Source of the DNA: an uncultured Bacillota bacterium
GTDB taxonomy: Bacteria > Bacillota_I > Bacilli_A > RF39 > UBA660
DNA length: 60,042 nt
Direction of reading: 5' to 3'
NCBI GenBank assembly: GCA_946630315.1
Contig: CAMOYT010000004.1
Span: forward strand, 1 to 60,042
Under the pieces are notes generated by a model. That model saw only the letters and a program-made list of their open reading frames with translations, ran no database searches and was not told the origin of the DNA. A program made the position numbers and the translations under genes. Positions 28,606-38,210 of the stretch are shown here, one piece after another. Each line of letters opens with the position of its first letter. Within the stretch, counting starts at the first letter, position 1.

Positions 28606-29373
28606 TTATACTTTTCTTGATTGAATTTCTGCCATCTTATCAAAGACATCTTTAGCATTATCTTCATTTATTTCAGTGTATCCTAATTCTTTTAGAGCTT
28701 GGATTTTTACTGTATTTAATTCTTGAGTACGAGAAAGCTTTTCTTCTTTCTTTTGTTCAATACTTTGTACAAAACGTTTATGAGCTTCTCCTAATTTAGA
28801 TTTAGATGCTCCTCCATTATTATATAAAGTCATTGCACTAAAGATTAAACTCTCAAATATCATTTGACGATCTTTATTAAAGGCAAATTCTAATGGATCA
28901 GTAAAACCTAAAGATTTGGTCATATATGCTAATATATATTTAATTTCATCTGTTGTTTCCATAGATTGTAAAAAGTGAAATAAATAAAGATATGTAGTAT
29001 ATGTTTCTTTAGTCTTATCTTGTGATAATTTCTCTTTTAATAAGTTTATAATATCAGATAATAATTCTTGTTCTTTTTTATTAAAACCTTTTAAATCTGC
29101 TAAAACTTCTTTATTTGATGAATCTTTTACTCCTTCATTAAGTCTATTTTCAACATCCATGATATAATCACCAGTGATTTTTATATCGTTTAATTCTTTT
29201 ATTTCTTCTATATTTAGTAAGCTTAGTAATTTAGCAGCTTTCTCTTTTGGCCAATTATTTAAGTCTTCTATTGCTAAATAATTATATAGCATTTGACGTG
29301 ATACTCCTAAATATTTAGCTAAACGCACCTTACTTATTCCTAGTTCTGTTAGTACATTATTTAAATCTTTCAT
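28606..29373 (-). CDS. Hypothetical protein with an N-terminal XRE-like HTH
   Basis: LGISKVRLAKYLGVSRQMLYNY HTH followed by a helical region; GGAGG RBS. Confidence 0.75.
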   Translation of the reverse strand: MKDLNNVLTELGISKVRLAKYLGVSRQMLYNYLAIEDLNNWPKEKAAKLLSLLNIEEIKELNDIKITGDYIMDVENRLNEGVKDSSNKEVLADLKGFNKKEQELLSDIINLLKEKLSQDKTKETYTTYLYLFHFLQSMETTDEIKYILAYMTKSLGFTDPLEFAFNKDRQMIFESLIFSAMTLYNNGGASKSKLGEAHKRFVQSIEQKKEEKLSRTQELNTVKIQALKELGYTEINEDNAKDVFDKMAEIQSRKV

Positions 29374-29440
29374 TGTTTTACCCTCCTAATATAATTTTAG
29401 ATTTTTTGGTGTAAATAGTCAAGTGTAAATTGACATTTTT

Positions 29441-30058
29441 TTAAAGAAAAAGTTTTACATTATATTTTTCTTTTATTCTGTCTTGTAGTATAATACCATT
29501 TTTATTACTATTTGGTACTACAGAACCATAATGTGTTGGATAAACATTTTTTGGTTTTATGGCATCAATTGCTTCTATTGCTTCTTCTACATTCATTGTA
29601 TATATTCCACCACATGGAATAAATAGGTTATCACATTTAATATTATTCATCTCTTCTATATAATCACTATCTCCTACTATATATGATGTTTCATTATTGA
29701 TATTTATTATATATCCTACCCAATTATTTTCTTTTGGATGAAATTGTTTATTAATATTATAAGCTCTTACTGTTTTAAATGATATATCTTCTAATTGATA
29801 TTCTTTATTTGGTTCTACCAATAATATATTATCTTTGTTTATAGACAGATTTAATAAATCATTTAAACAATTAGTTGGTGCTATTACTATGGTGTTATTT
29901 GTTATTATTTTTGTAATATCTTCAGGTGATAAATGATCATAATGTGAATGAGTAATAAATATATATTTAGCGTCAGTGTATTCAGTTAATTTATATGGAT
30001 CTATATAGATATTTTCATTTAATTGTATAGAGTTTTGATAATTTATATTTATTTTCAT
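29441..30058 (-). CDS. MBL-fold metallo-hydrolase
   Basis: YIDPY, ITHSHYDH, GDSD, PTHYG. Confidence 0.88.
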   Translation of the reverse strand: MKININYQNSIQLNENIYIDPYKLTEYTDAKYIFITHSHYDHLSPEDITKIITNNTIVIAPTNCLNDLLNLSINKDNILLVEPNKEYQLEDISFKTVRAYNINKQFHPKENNWVGYIININNETSYIVGDSDYIEEMNNIKCDNLFIPCGGIYTMNVEEAIEAIDAIKPKNVYPTHYGSVVPNSNKNGIILQDRIKEKYNVKLFL

Positions 30059-30138
30059 ATAATACCTCCTTAAATATTATATCTTAGAATTTTACTTTTT
30101 TCATTAATTATTATATAATTAATTTAGAGGTGAATGAC

Positions 30139-30225
30139 ATGAGTGATAAAATTATTAAAATAGTAGCAATTATTATGCTTGTAGCAATGTTGATTGGGGT
30201 TTTGAGCGTATTTATGTATATATAA
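30139..30225 (+). CDS. Small single-TM protein MSDKIIKIVAIIMLVAMLIGVLSVFMYI (DUF4044/Prli42-like)
   Basis: GAGGTG RBS, upstream TATAAT, 28 aa with a basic N-terminus and hydrophobic helix, terminator at the stop; missing from the ORF track. Confidence 0.65.
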   Translation: MSDKIIKIVAIIMLVAMLIGVLSVFMYI

Positions 30226-30245
30226 AAAGAAGGAATTTCCTTCTT

Positions 30246-30545
30246 TTATTTTTTTATGTAACCTTCTATTTCTGGAGTTACTTCATTAATAATTGGAGTA
30301 ATATTATATTTATTAATAATATCGTTTAATCTTTTAGTATCTTTGGCAAAGAATAACATTATTAACCCCCCTATTCTATCAGCAGTGTATTGGTCTAATA
30401 CTTGTCTATCTGCTTCATCAATATTGTATTTTCTTTGGATATCTTGAATAGGTCCATAACCATATAGATAATTAGTTAATGATTTGGCAATTTGTTCAAT
30501 GTTTTTATCTTTGTCACTTATATGTACTTTAGTCCAAATTTGCAT
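30246..30545 (-). CDS. Hypothetical protein
   Basis: 99-aa ORF with an AAGTGA RBS and a terminator overlapping the stop. Confidence 0.65.
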   Translation of the reverse strand: MQIWTKVHISDKDKNIEQIAKSLTNYLYGYGPIQDIQRKYNIDEADRQVLDQYTADRIGGLIMLFFAKDTKRLNDIINKYNITPIINEVTPEIEGYIKK

Positions 30546-30608
30546 AATATCACTTCACTTTATGGTTATTTATATTAACATAAAATAATAAAAAAAGAAA
30601 GTAGACAT

Positions 30609-30920
30609 CTACCTTCTTTTTGCTGTTTCTTCTTTTTCTAATCTATCTATTTTTCTTTTTAAGATTAATTCATGAGTTTTAGCAATTAAAAGTCCACTAC
30701 CACAAGCTATTAGACCTCCTGCTATGGCAACTGGAAAGCTATGAGTAGAACTCATCATTCCAACAGCAAACATTCCAGATACACCTGGTATTGCTGCCAT
30801 TCTTTTTAATAATTTATTATATTTTTCTTTTAGCTTATTTATTTTTTGCTCGTTCATTGATAATGTGTTTTTACCTTTACTTATTGATTTTTCTGGTGTT
30901 TCTTTTATTTCTATATTCAT
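30609..30920 (-). CDS. Hypothetical membrane protein
   Basis: AGGAG RBS, central hydrophobic hairpin flanked by charged coils. Confidence 0.65.
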   Translation of the reverse strand: MNIEIKETPEKSISKGKNTLSMNEQKINKLKEKYNKLLKRMAAIPGVSGMFAVGMMSSTHSFPVAIAGGLIACGSGLLIAKTHELILKRKIDRLEKEETAKRR

Positions 30921-30931
30921 AGTATTCTCCT

Positions 30932-31456
30932 TTATTTTAAGAATGGATTATGACTTTTTTCGTATTCTAGAGTTGTTTCTTCATTATGTCCTGGAAATAG
31001 ATTTATTTTGTCATCATATGTTAGTATTTTCTTAATACTTTCTTGCATTTCTTCATTACTTCCACCAGGTAGGTCTGTCCTTCCAATAGATTCTTTAAAT
31101 ATGAAGTCTCCTACAAACATTACATTATCTTCTTTGAAATAGAATGTTACTGAGTCCTTTGAATGTCCTGGGGTATAGATACATTCAAAGGTAAAGTCTC
31201 CTACAGTATATTCTTTTTCTTCTAAATTACTCTTTTTAAATATTTTAATACTTTTCTTTGTTAAAAAGTTTCTTAATGCTCCTATATGATCAAAGTGTGA
31301 ATGAGTAATTAGTACTGCTAATATTTTGTTATCTCCTATTTCTTGTTTTATTTTAGGAAAATCATCACCTGGATCTATTACTAAGCAAGTATTATTTTTT
31401 ATTAGTACATAACAGTTTTCATCTAAAAATCCTGTTACTATTTTTTTGATTTCCAT
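30932..31456 (-). CDS. MBL-fold hydrolase (glyoxalase II-like)
   Basis: NCY, IDPG, THSHFDHIG, TPGHS, GDFIF..SIGRTD, PGH. Confidence 0.9.
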   Translation of the reverse strand: MEIKKIVTGFLDENCYVLIKNNTCLVIDPGDDFPKIKQEIGDNKILAVLITHSHFDHIGALRNFLTKKSIKIFKKSNLEEKEYTVGDFTFECIYTPGHSKDSVTFYFKEDNVMFVGDFIFKESIGRTDLPGGSNEEMQESIKKILTYDDKINLFPGHNEETTLEYEKSHNPFLK

Positions 31457-31470
31457 TGTCTCACCTATTT

Positions 31471-32610
31471 CTAATATTTTGGAGTAAATTCTCTTGATAC
31501 ATATACATAGTTATAATTAGTATCTAGTTTAAATGTATAAGTATAAGTACCATTTTCTAAGTAATCTGGAACTGTTTGAGTATCTGTTCCTTTATATTGT
31601 ACTTCTTCAGTTAATATTATGGCATTATTTCTACTTATAGCTTTTGTTAATTTCTTAGTTGCTTTAAATGATGTTGGAATGTTTTCTTTGCATGATCCTT
31701 GAACGTATTCACCACGTTCTTCAATGTATTGATAGCCACCTAAACATTTATTTCCTAATTGTATATTTCCATTTGGAACTGTTGTATTTGCTCCAAAAAG
31801 TTTTTTATATTCTCTTTCAAATGTTTCTACTTTAAATGCATATGGATGAAAATCTTTTGATGTTGGACATGTATATAATTGCATTGCTGTATTATCAAAA
31901 TAGTTACAATTTGAATCATAAAAATCTGATGTTGGTATTTGACGATAAGTTAAATATCTTTTTAGCTCATCATCAAAGTCCATATGTGCTAAATCTTCTC
32001 TGATTGTTGTTTTTACTTTATTATATAAATCTCTAACTATTGTAGAGTTTAGATCTAATTCTTTTTCTTTATCAAATGTAGATACTGGAGTACATTCAAA
32101 TTCTAGTTTTTGTACTTTTGATTTAGTATCTAAGTATTGGTATACATTTAATCCAATTAATATAAGTATTAGTAAGATTATAAAGAAAGGACTTTTCTTC
32201 TTTGGTGGGGCTGCATCAACTGCTTGAGCAGTGACATTATTTGCAGGAGCTTCTGTTGCTTTCTCATCGACTTGTTCTTTTTGTTCTTCTACTGCTGTTT
32301 GTGTTGGTGCAGGTGGAGCTGCATTTACAGCTGCAGCCTGATTATTTGTACTAGCATTAATTGGTTCTGCTTGCGGTGGCGCAATAACTACATTAGCTCC
32401 TAAACTAGGTTGAGCTGGTGCAGTAACAGCAGGAGCAACAGCTGGTGTTGGAGTTGCTTGAGTTATAACTGGAGTTGATTGCACAGTTGATGATGTAATT
32501 ACTGGCTGAACTGCTTGAGCAGGTTGAACTGGTTGTGTTGGTTGTGCAGGTACTACAGTTGGATTAGTTGTATTACTTGTTGGTTGATTATTATTTGTTA
32601 CCCCATTCAT
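31471..32610 (-). CDS. Membrane-anchored protein with a Pro/Ala/Gln/Thr-rich N-terminus and a Cys-containing C-terminal domain
   Basis: About 140 aa of low complexity, then KKKSP, one TM helix and a globular domain. Confidence 0.75.
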   Translation of the reverse strand: MNGVTNNNQPTSNTTNPTVVPAQPTQPVQPAQAVQPVITSSTVQSTPVITQATPTPAVAPAVTAPAQPSLGANVVIAPPQAEPINASTNNQAAAVNAAPPAPTQTAVEEQKEQVDEKATEAPANNVTAQAVDAAPPKKKSPFFIILLILILIGLNVYQYLDTKSKVQKLEFECTPVSTFDKEKELDLNSTIVRDLYNKVKTTIREDLAHMDFDDELKRYLTYRQIPTSDFYDSNCNYFDNTAMQLYTCPTSKDFHPYAFKVETFEREYKKLFGANTTVPNGNIQLGNKCLGGYQYIEERGEYVQGSCKENIPTSFKATKKLTKAISRNNAIILTEEVQYKGTDTQTVPDYLENGTYTYTFKLDTNYNYVYVSREFTPKY

Positions 32611-32709
32611 TCTTATCACCTATCTTACTATCTTAAATTGTAATATAAAATCGTGAAATTGACAAGTATTTGAACTCTTTTTTCATAATAAAAAAGTGCC
32701 TTGGCACTT

Positions 32710-33393
32710 TTATATTTCTATTTCACTATTGTCTTTATTAAGAATAATTGTTTTAGTTTTACAATCTAGATATTTTTCTACTAAAGAGCTTAATTCTTCT
32801 TGGGCTTCTTTTAGTTTTCCATCTAATACGTTTTCTATTACAAGAACACAATCTTTTGTCTCATTAGTTAATTTTGTTATATCTGATTCACGATAATTGA
32901 AATTACGACATAGTACATTATTTCCTGATTTATATACTATTTCATTTTCATTTACTATTTCTTTTTCTGTACTTCCTAATTCTACAAATTCTTCTGTTCC
33001 TTTAGCATATGTTAATTCAATATCTTCATGTATTTTAGATAAGTCTTCTCCTCCGACTGGTAGTTCATATTTTAGAGATATCATATTATAAATATCTACT
33101 ATTGGATTAATATTAGGTATTTCTTTGCCATTTACTGTTCTTCTTATTAAGGCTTCTATTGATGATCTTGCCTTCTTTTCTCCAAAGCTTTTATATATTT
33201 CTCTCCATTTACTTATTATTTCATATTCGGCTAAAGTAATATTACTAAATTTATCCTTTATTGATTGTTTTACTTGATTAAATTCATTAGTTATATCTAT
33301 TTCTTTGTTATTATTTAATCCATGACAGACAATTATTCCTATTTCTAAGTTTTTATAATTATTAAATAATTCTTTATTTACTTTAAATTTCAT
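32710..33393 (-). CDS. Stand-alone B3/4 domain protein (PheRS-beta editing-like)
   Basis: WREIY, SSIEAL.RR, INPIVDIYN.ISL...LPVGGEDL, CRNFNYRES..T. Confidence 0.88.
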   Translation of the reverse strand: MKFKVNKELFNNYKNLEIGIIVCHGLNNNKEIDITNEFNQVKQSIKDKFSNITLAEYEIISKWREIYKSFGEKKARSSIEALIRRTVNGKEIPNINPIVDIYNMISLKYELPVGGEDLSKIHEDIELTYAKGTEEFVELGSTEKEIVNENEIVYKSGNNVLCRNFNYRESDITKLTNETKDCVLVIENVLDGKLKEAQEELSSLVEKYLDCKTKTIILNKDNSEIEI

Positions 33394-33420
33394 TTTACTT
33401 CCTTTCTATAGGTAGTAAAT

Positions 33421-33753
33421 TTATTTCCCACGACCAATAAATGTTCCATCACTGGCTTTAGAATATCCGAACATGGCTTGGGATTTTTTACCACCTTGTT
33501 TTAAGCCATCTTCTTTAGCTTGCCGTAGCCAAATCACTACTACTTTTTTTAGTTCTTCTACTTCTTCTGGTTTCATTAATTTAAATTCAGTTAATTCTTC
33601 AAAATAATCTTCTCTATTTAAATATCTTTGAATAGTACTTGTTGGTATTTTAATTCTTTTTGATATTTCATTTATATTATTAGATGTTGGTAATTCTCTT
33701 AAGATTTGTTTAAGTTTTTTTAATATTTCTAGTTTTTGTTCTAAACTTACCAT
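33421..33753 (-). CDS. Hypothetical protein with a possible HTH
   Basis: INEISKRIKIPTSTIQRYL HTH-like segment. Confidence 0.6.
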   Translation of the reverse strand: MVSLEQKLEILKKLKQILRELPTSNNINEISKRIKIPTSTIQRYLNREDYFEELTEFKLMKPEEVEELKKVVVIWLRQAKEDGLKQGGKKSQAMFGYSKASDGTFIGRGK

Positions 33754-33839
33754 TTTTCATCACCAAGCATATTATATAATAAAAATTAGATATTGTAAAT
33801 CTTAGTAATTAGTGTTAAAATAAATTTGTTCTTATAAAT

Positions 33840-33916
33840 GGCCTGTTGGTGAAGTGGCTTAACACACTGCCCTCTCAAGGCAGCATTCACGGATTCGAAT
33901 TCCGTACAGGCTACCA
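33840..33916 (+). tRNA. tRNA-Glu (anticodon CTC)
   Basis: Acceptor GGCCTGT/ACAGGCT, anticodon stem CTGCC/GGCAG with loop CTCTCAA, T-loop TTCGAAT, encoded CCA, terminator downstream. Confidence 0.96.
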
Positions 33917-33969
33917 ATTGATTTTAGAAGACTTAGTCTTCTTTTTTTTATACAAAAAAAAGACAGTTT

Positions 33970-36900
33970 TTACTGTCTTTTCATATTTTCTTTTGCTACT
34001 GTAAGCATTAATTTAATTCTATTTACTTGATTTGTATGAGATGCACCAGGATCATAGTCTATTGCAACTATATTAGCTTCTGGATATAGTTTTCTTATCT
34101 TTTTAATTACTGCTTTTCCTACGATGTGATTTGGAAGACAAGCAAATGGTTGAACACAAACAATATTTTTAATATCATCTTTTATTAATTCAATCATTTC
34201 TCCTGTTAGGAACCATCCTTCTCCTGTTTGATTTCCTGTTGAGATTATTCCTTCAACATTTTTAGCTAATTCTTGTATTTTTACTGGTTTTCTAAATCTA
34301 GTATTTTCTATTTCTTTAGAATATGTTTTTTCATATAAATCAATAAATTTTACTGCTTCTTTATAGATTGTTTTTGTTATTACACTAGTTTTTAGTAAGT
34401 TTGCTTTTATTACTGAGTTATAGGCACAATATTTAACAAAGCCCATTAAATCTGGTTGAGTTACTTCTGCTCCTTCTTTTTCTAATTTTTCTATTAAATG
34501 GTCATTTCCATATGCATGATATTTAATTAAGATTTCTCCAACTATTCCGACTTTTGGTCTTTCTTTATAATTTACTTCTATATTATTAAAAGCTTTAATT
34601 ATATTTTTTATATTCTTTTTATATTCTCTTATATGACCATTTTGAAGGCTTTCATAACAGATTTTTTGCCACATATTGTATAATTCTTGAGCTGAACCTT
34701 TTTTCTTTTCATATGGACGTGTAGCAAGTAATAATTTCATTAATAAGTCTCCGTATGTTACTGCTTGTAGGGCTTTATTTGCAAAACTTAATGTTACTTT
34801 AAAAGCTTGCTCTTTTTCTAAACCACTTAGGTTAAATGATAAGATTGATACTTTTTCAAGTCCTGCATCTTTTAAAGCTTTTCTTATTAGTCCGATGTAG
34901 TTTGTTGCTCTACAACCTCCACCTGTTTGAGTGATTATTACACTTGTATTATCTAAGTCATATTTACCACTTTTTAGAGCATGAATTAATTGACCTACTA
35001 CGATTATTGCAGGATAGCAGGCATCATTATTTACATATTTTAATCCTGTTTCAGTTGTTTCATCATTAGTTTCTCTTAGATATACTGCGTTATACCCTTC
35101 ACTTCTTAACACTGCTTCTAGAAGTGGCATATGTGCAGGTGACATATCTGGGAATAATAATGTATGTTTTCTATCGGCTTCTTTAAAGTAGTTTTTATAA
35201 TAATTATATGGTTTATAATTCTCTTCTTTTGCTCTTTTGTTCATTGATGCTATTAATGATCTTATACGTATTTTAGCAGCTCCTAAGTTGTTTATTTCGT
35301 CTATTTTAATAGTTGTATATAGTTTGTTATTGCTGCGTAGTATTTCTTCTGTTTGGTCAGTTACTATTGCGTCTAATCCACAACCAAATGAATTTAAATT
35401 TACTAATTCGACATTATCTAAGTGAGATACTACATCTGCTGCATGATAGACACGAGAGTGATATGTCCATTGATTTACTACTCTTAAATTGCTTTCTAAT
35501 TTAGATAAATGACAAATTGAGTCTTCTGTTAGAATTGCTAGGCCTAATGAATTAATCATTGTATCTATTCCATGATTTACTTCTTTATCTAAATGATATG
35601 GTCTTCCTGCTAAACATATTGCTTTTTCATTATGATCTTTAATATATTTTAAGAATTCTTCTCCTTTTTTACGAACTTCTTCTTTAAATTTAGCTTGTTC
35701 TTTAAAGGCCTTTTTAATTGCTTTTTCTACTTCACTTTTTGTAAAATTATATTCTTTAAATTCAGGTAATTCCATTATTCTTTTTAACAAAGCTTTTTCA
35801 TTCATTGGTAAGAATGGATTTAAATATTTAATATTTTCTTTTTCTAACTCTTCAACATTTAGTTTTATGGCTTCAGAGTAACTTTGTACTATTGGACAAT
35901 TGTATGTATTGTCTTGATTTGAGAATTCTTTTTGTTCATACATAATACAAGGATAAAATATTGTTTTTATACCTTTTTGTATTAGATTAATTATATGTCC
36001 ATGTACTAATTTTGCTGGGTAGCAAACTGATTCACTTGGCATTGATTCTATTCCTAATTCATATAAGCTTCTATTGGAATGATCTGATAGTACTACTTCA
36101 AAACCTAATTCTGTTAAGAATGTATGCCATAATGGATAATTTTCATACATGTTTAATACTCTAGGTATTCCTATCTTTCCACGTGGAGCATCTTTTAAGG
36201 ATTCATAATTAAATAATCTATCATATTTCCAAGAATACATATTTGGTAATGTATTTATACTTCCATTATTTCCACTACCTCTTTCACATCTATTTCCTGA
36301 TATAAATGATTTTTTATTAAAGAAGTTTATAGTTAGTGCACAGTGGTTTTCACAGCCTTGGCAACGTGAATGTGTTGTTTTAACTTTTAAATCTAGTATT
36401 TCTTGTTTTGTTAGAATACTTGAAGTTGATTCTTCTTCATATTGTTTATAGTTATTTAAGGCAATTAGTGCTACTCCGTATGCTCCCATTAGTCCTGCTA
36501 TATCTGGTCTAATTACTTCTTTTTCTGTTATATTTTCGAAGGCTTTTAGAATAGCATCATTTAAGAAAGTTCCACCTTGTACTACTATTTTTTTACCTAG
36601 TGTATCAAAACTTCTTATTTTCATTACTTTTTGTAGAGCATTTCTTACTACTGAGTATGAAAGTCCAGCAAATATATCTCCGAGAGGTCTTCCTTCTTTT
36701 TGAGTTTGTTTAATTTTAGAATTCATAAATACTGTACAACGTGAACCTAAATCAATTGGATGTTTTGATTCTAAGGCAAAACTAACAAATTCTTCTATTG
36801 AAATATTTAGAGATTTTGCTAGTGTTTCTATGAATGAACCACATCCTGATGAGCAAGCTTCATTAAGCATAATTGATGATACAGCTCCATCTTTAATCTT

Positions 36901-38187
36901 AATATATTTCATGTCTTGTCCACCAATATCAATGATAGATTCAACACCAGGTAGGAAGTAATTAGCTGCTTCAAAATGAGCCATAGTCTCTATTTCAGAT
37001 ATATCTAAGTTAAAGGCTGTTTTTACTAATAATTCTCCATATCCAGTTGAGCCAGATGAGCGTATTACTACTCCTTCTGGTAGCTTATCATATAAATCTA
37101 ATAACATATTTTTAACTGTATCTACTGGTGTTCCTTTATTACCTTTATAATTTTCATATAAGATATTACCTTTATTATCAATTGCGACTACTTTGGCAGT
37201 TGTTGATCCTGCATCTATTCCAATAAAGATATCTCCTTTATAAGAAGATAAGTCTTTTCTTTTTACTGTTGCTTTTGAATGTCTCTTTTGAAATTCATTA
37301 AATTCTTTTTTTGTCTTAAATAGTGGTGCTAAATCAGTTGATTCTGATTCAGTAAATGTTTTTAATTTTTCTATTCTATTTTTTAATTGACGAATTGTTA
37401 AAACTTCTTTTTTATCTTTATCTAATATTGCTCCTATACAGACGAATAATCTTGCATCTTCTGGTGTTATTACTTCATCTTCTTTTAGATTTAATGTTTT
37501 GATAAAGCGCTCCTTTAACATACTTAGATAGTTTAGTGGACCACCTAAGAAGATGACATTACCTTTGATTGGTTTACCACAGGCAAGACCAGAGATTGTT
37601 TGATTTACTACTGCTTGCATAATAGATAGAGCTATATCTTCTTTTCTTGCGCCTTCATTAAGTAATGGTTGAATATCAGTTTTGGCAAATACTCCACATC
37701 TAGATGCAATAGGATATATTTGAGTACCATTTTTAGCTAAATCATTTAGTCCTTCTGTTGTTGTGTTTAGAAGGACAGCCATTTGGTCTAGGAAGGCTCC
37801 GGTTCCACCTGCACAAGAGCCATTCATTCTTTGTTCTATTGTTGTATCAAAATAGATAATTTTGGCATCTTCTCCACCTAATTCAATGGCAACATCAGTA
37901 GTTGGAGCATACTCTTTAATAGCATTTTTACAAGCTATAACTTCTTGTACAAAACCAACATTTATGTATTTTGCTAAAGCTATTGCTCCACTACCTGTCA
38001 TTGTAATTGTAAAATCATAATTATTATATTTTTCTATTACTTCATTAAATAAATCAATTATAGTTTTTTTAGTATCTGAAAAGTGTCTACGGTATTCTCC
38101 ATATAACATTTTATTGTTTTTATCCATTACTACTAATTTTACGGTAGTTGAACCTATGTCTACTCCTATGTTTAATACTTTTTTCAT
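33970..38187 (-). CDS. 2-hydroxyacyl-CoA dehydratase activator fusion (two ASKHA/BadF activase domains plus dehydratase-like domains)
   Basis: GVDIGSTT and GIDAGSTT, ELGGEDAK and DIGGQDMK, CAGGTG and CSSGCG, SESVCYPAK, NSFGCG.D, QPFACLPNH. Confidence 0.88.
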   Translation of the reverse strand: MKKVLNIGVDIGSTTVKLVVMDKNNKMLYGEYRRHFSDTKKTIIDLFNEVIEKYNNYDFTITMTGSGAIALAKYINVGFVQEVIACKNAIKEYAPTTDVAIELGGEDAKIIYFDTTIEQRMNGSCAGGTGAFLDQMAVLLNTTTEGLNDLAKNGTQIYPIASRCGVFAKTDIQPLLNEGARKEDIALSIMQAVVNQTISGLACGKPIKGNVIFLGGPLNYLSMLKERFIKTLNLKEDEVITPEDARLFVCIGAILDKDKKEVLTIRQLKNRIEKLKTFTESESTDLAPLFKTKKEFNEFQKRHSKATVKRKDLSSYKGDIFIGIDAGSTTAKVVAIDNKGNILYENYKGNKGTPVDTVKNMLLDLYDKLPEGVVIRSSGSTGYGELLVKTAFNLDISEIETMAHFEAANYFLPGVESIIDIGGQDMKYIKIKDGAVSSIMLNEACSSGCGSFIETLAKSLNISIEEFVSFALESKHPIDLGSRCTVFMNSKIKQTQKEGRPLGDIFAGLSYSVVRNALQKVMKIRSFDTLGKKIVVQGGTFLNDAILKAFENITEKEVIRPDIAGLMGAYGVALIALNNYKQYEEESTSSILTKQEILDLKVKTTHSRCQGCENHCALTINFFNKKSFISGNRCERGSGNNGSINTLPNMYSWKYDRLFNYESLKDAPRGKIGIPRVLNMYENYPLWHTFLTELGFEVVLSDHSNRSLYELGIESMPSESVCYPAKLVHGHIINLIQKGIKTIFYPCIMYEQKEFSNQDNTYNCPIVQSYSEAIKLNVEELEKENIKYLNPFLPMNEKALLKRIMELPEFKEYNFTKSEVEKAIKKAFKEQAKFKEEVRKKGEEFLKYIKDHNEKAICLAGRPYHLDKEVNHGIDTMINSLGLAILTEDSICHLSKLESNLRVVNQWTYHSRVYHAADVVSHLDNVELVNLNSFGCGLDAIVTDQTEEILRSNNKLYTTIKIDEINNLGAAKIRIRSLIASMNKRAKEENYKPYNYYKNYFKEADRKHTLLFPDMSPAHMPLLEAVLRSEGYNAVYLRETNDETTETGLKYVNNDACYPAIIVVGQLIHALKSGKYDLDNTSVIITQTGGGCRATNYIGLIRKALKDAGLEKVSILSFNLSGLEKEQAFKVTLSFANKALQAVTYGDLLMKLLLATRPYEKKKGSAQELYNMWQKICYESLQNGHIREYKKNIKNIIKAFNNIEVNYKERPKVGIVGEILIKYHAYGNDHLIEKLEKEGAEVTQPDLMGFVKYCAYNSVIKANLLKTSVITKTIYKEAVKFIDLYEKTYSKEIENTRFRKPVKIQELAKNVEGIISTGNQTGEGWFLTGEMIELIKDDIKNIVCVQPFACLPNHIVGKAVIKKIRKLYPEANIVAIDYDPGASHTNQVNRIKLMLTVAKENMKRQ

Positions 38188-38210
38188 TTATTCACCTACT
38201 TCTAATTATT

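Noticed and set aside
33840-33916. tRNA used as an island integration site
   Set aside because: No duplicated tRNA 3' end or adjacent integrase was seen in the window.
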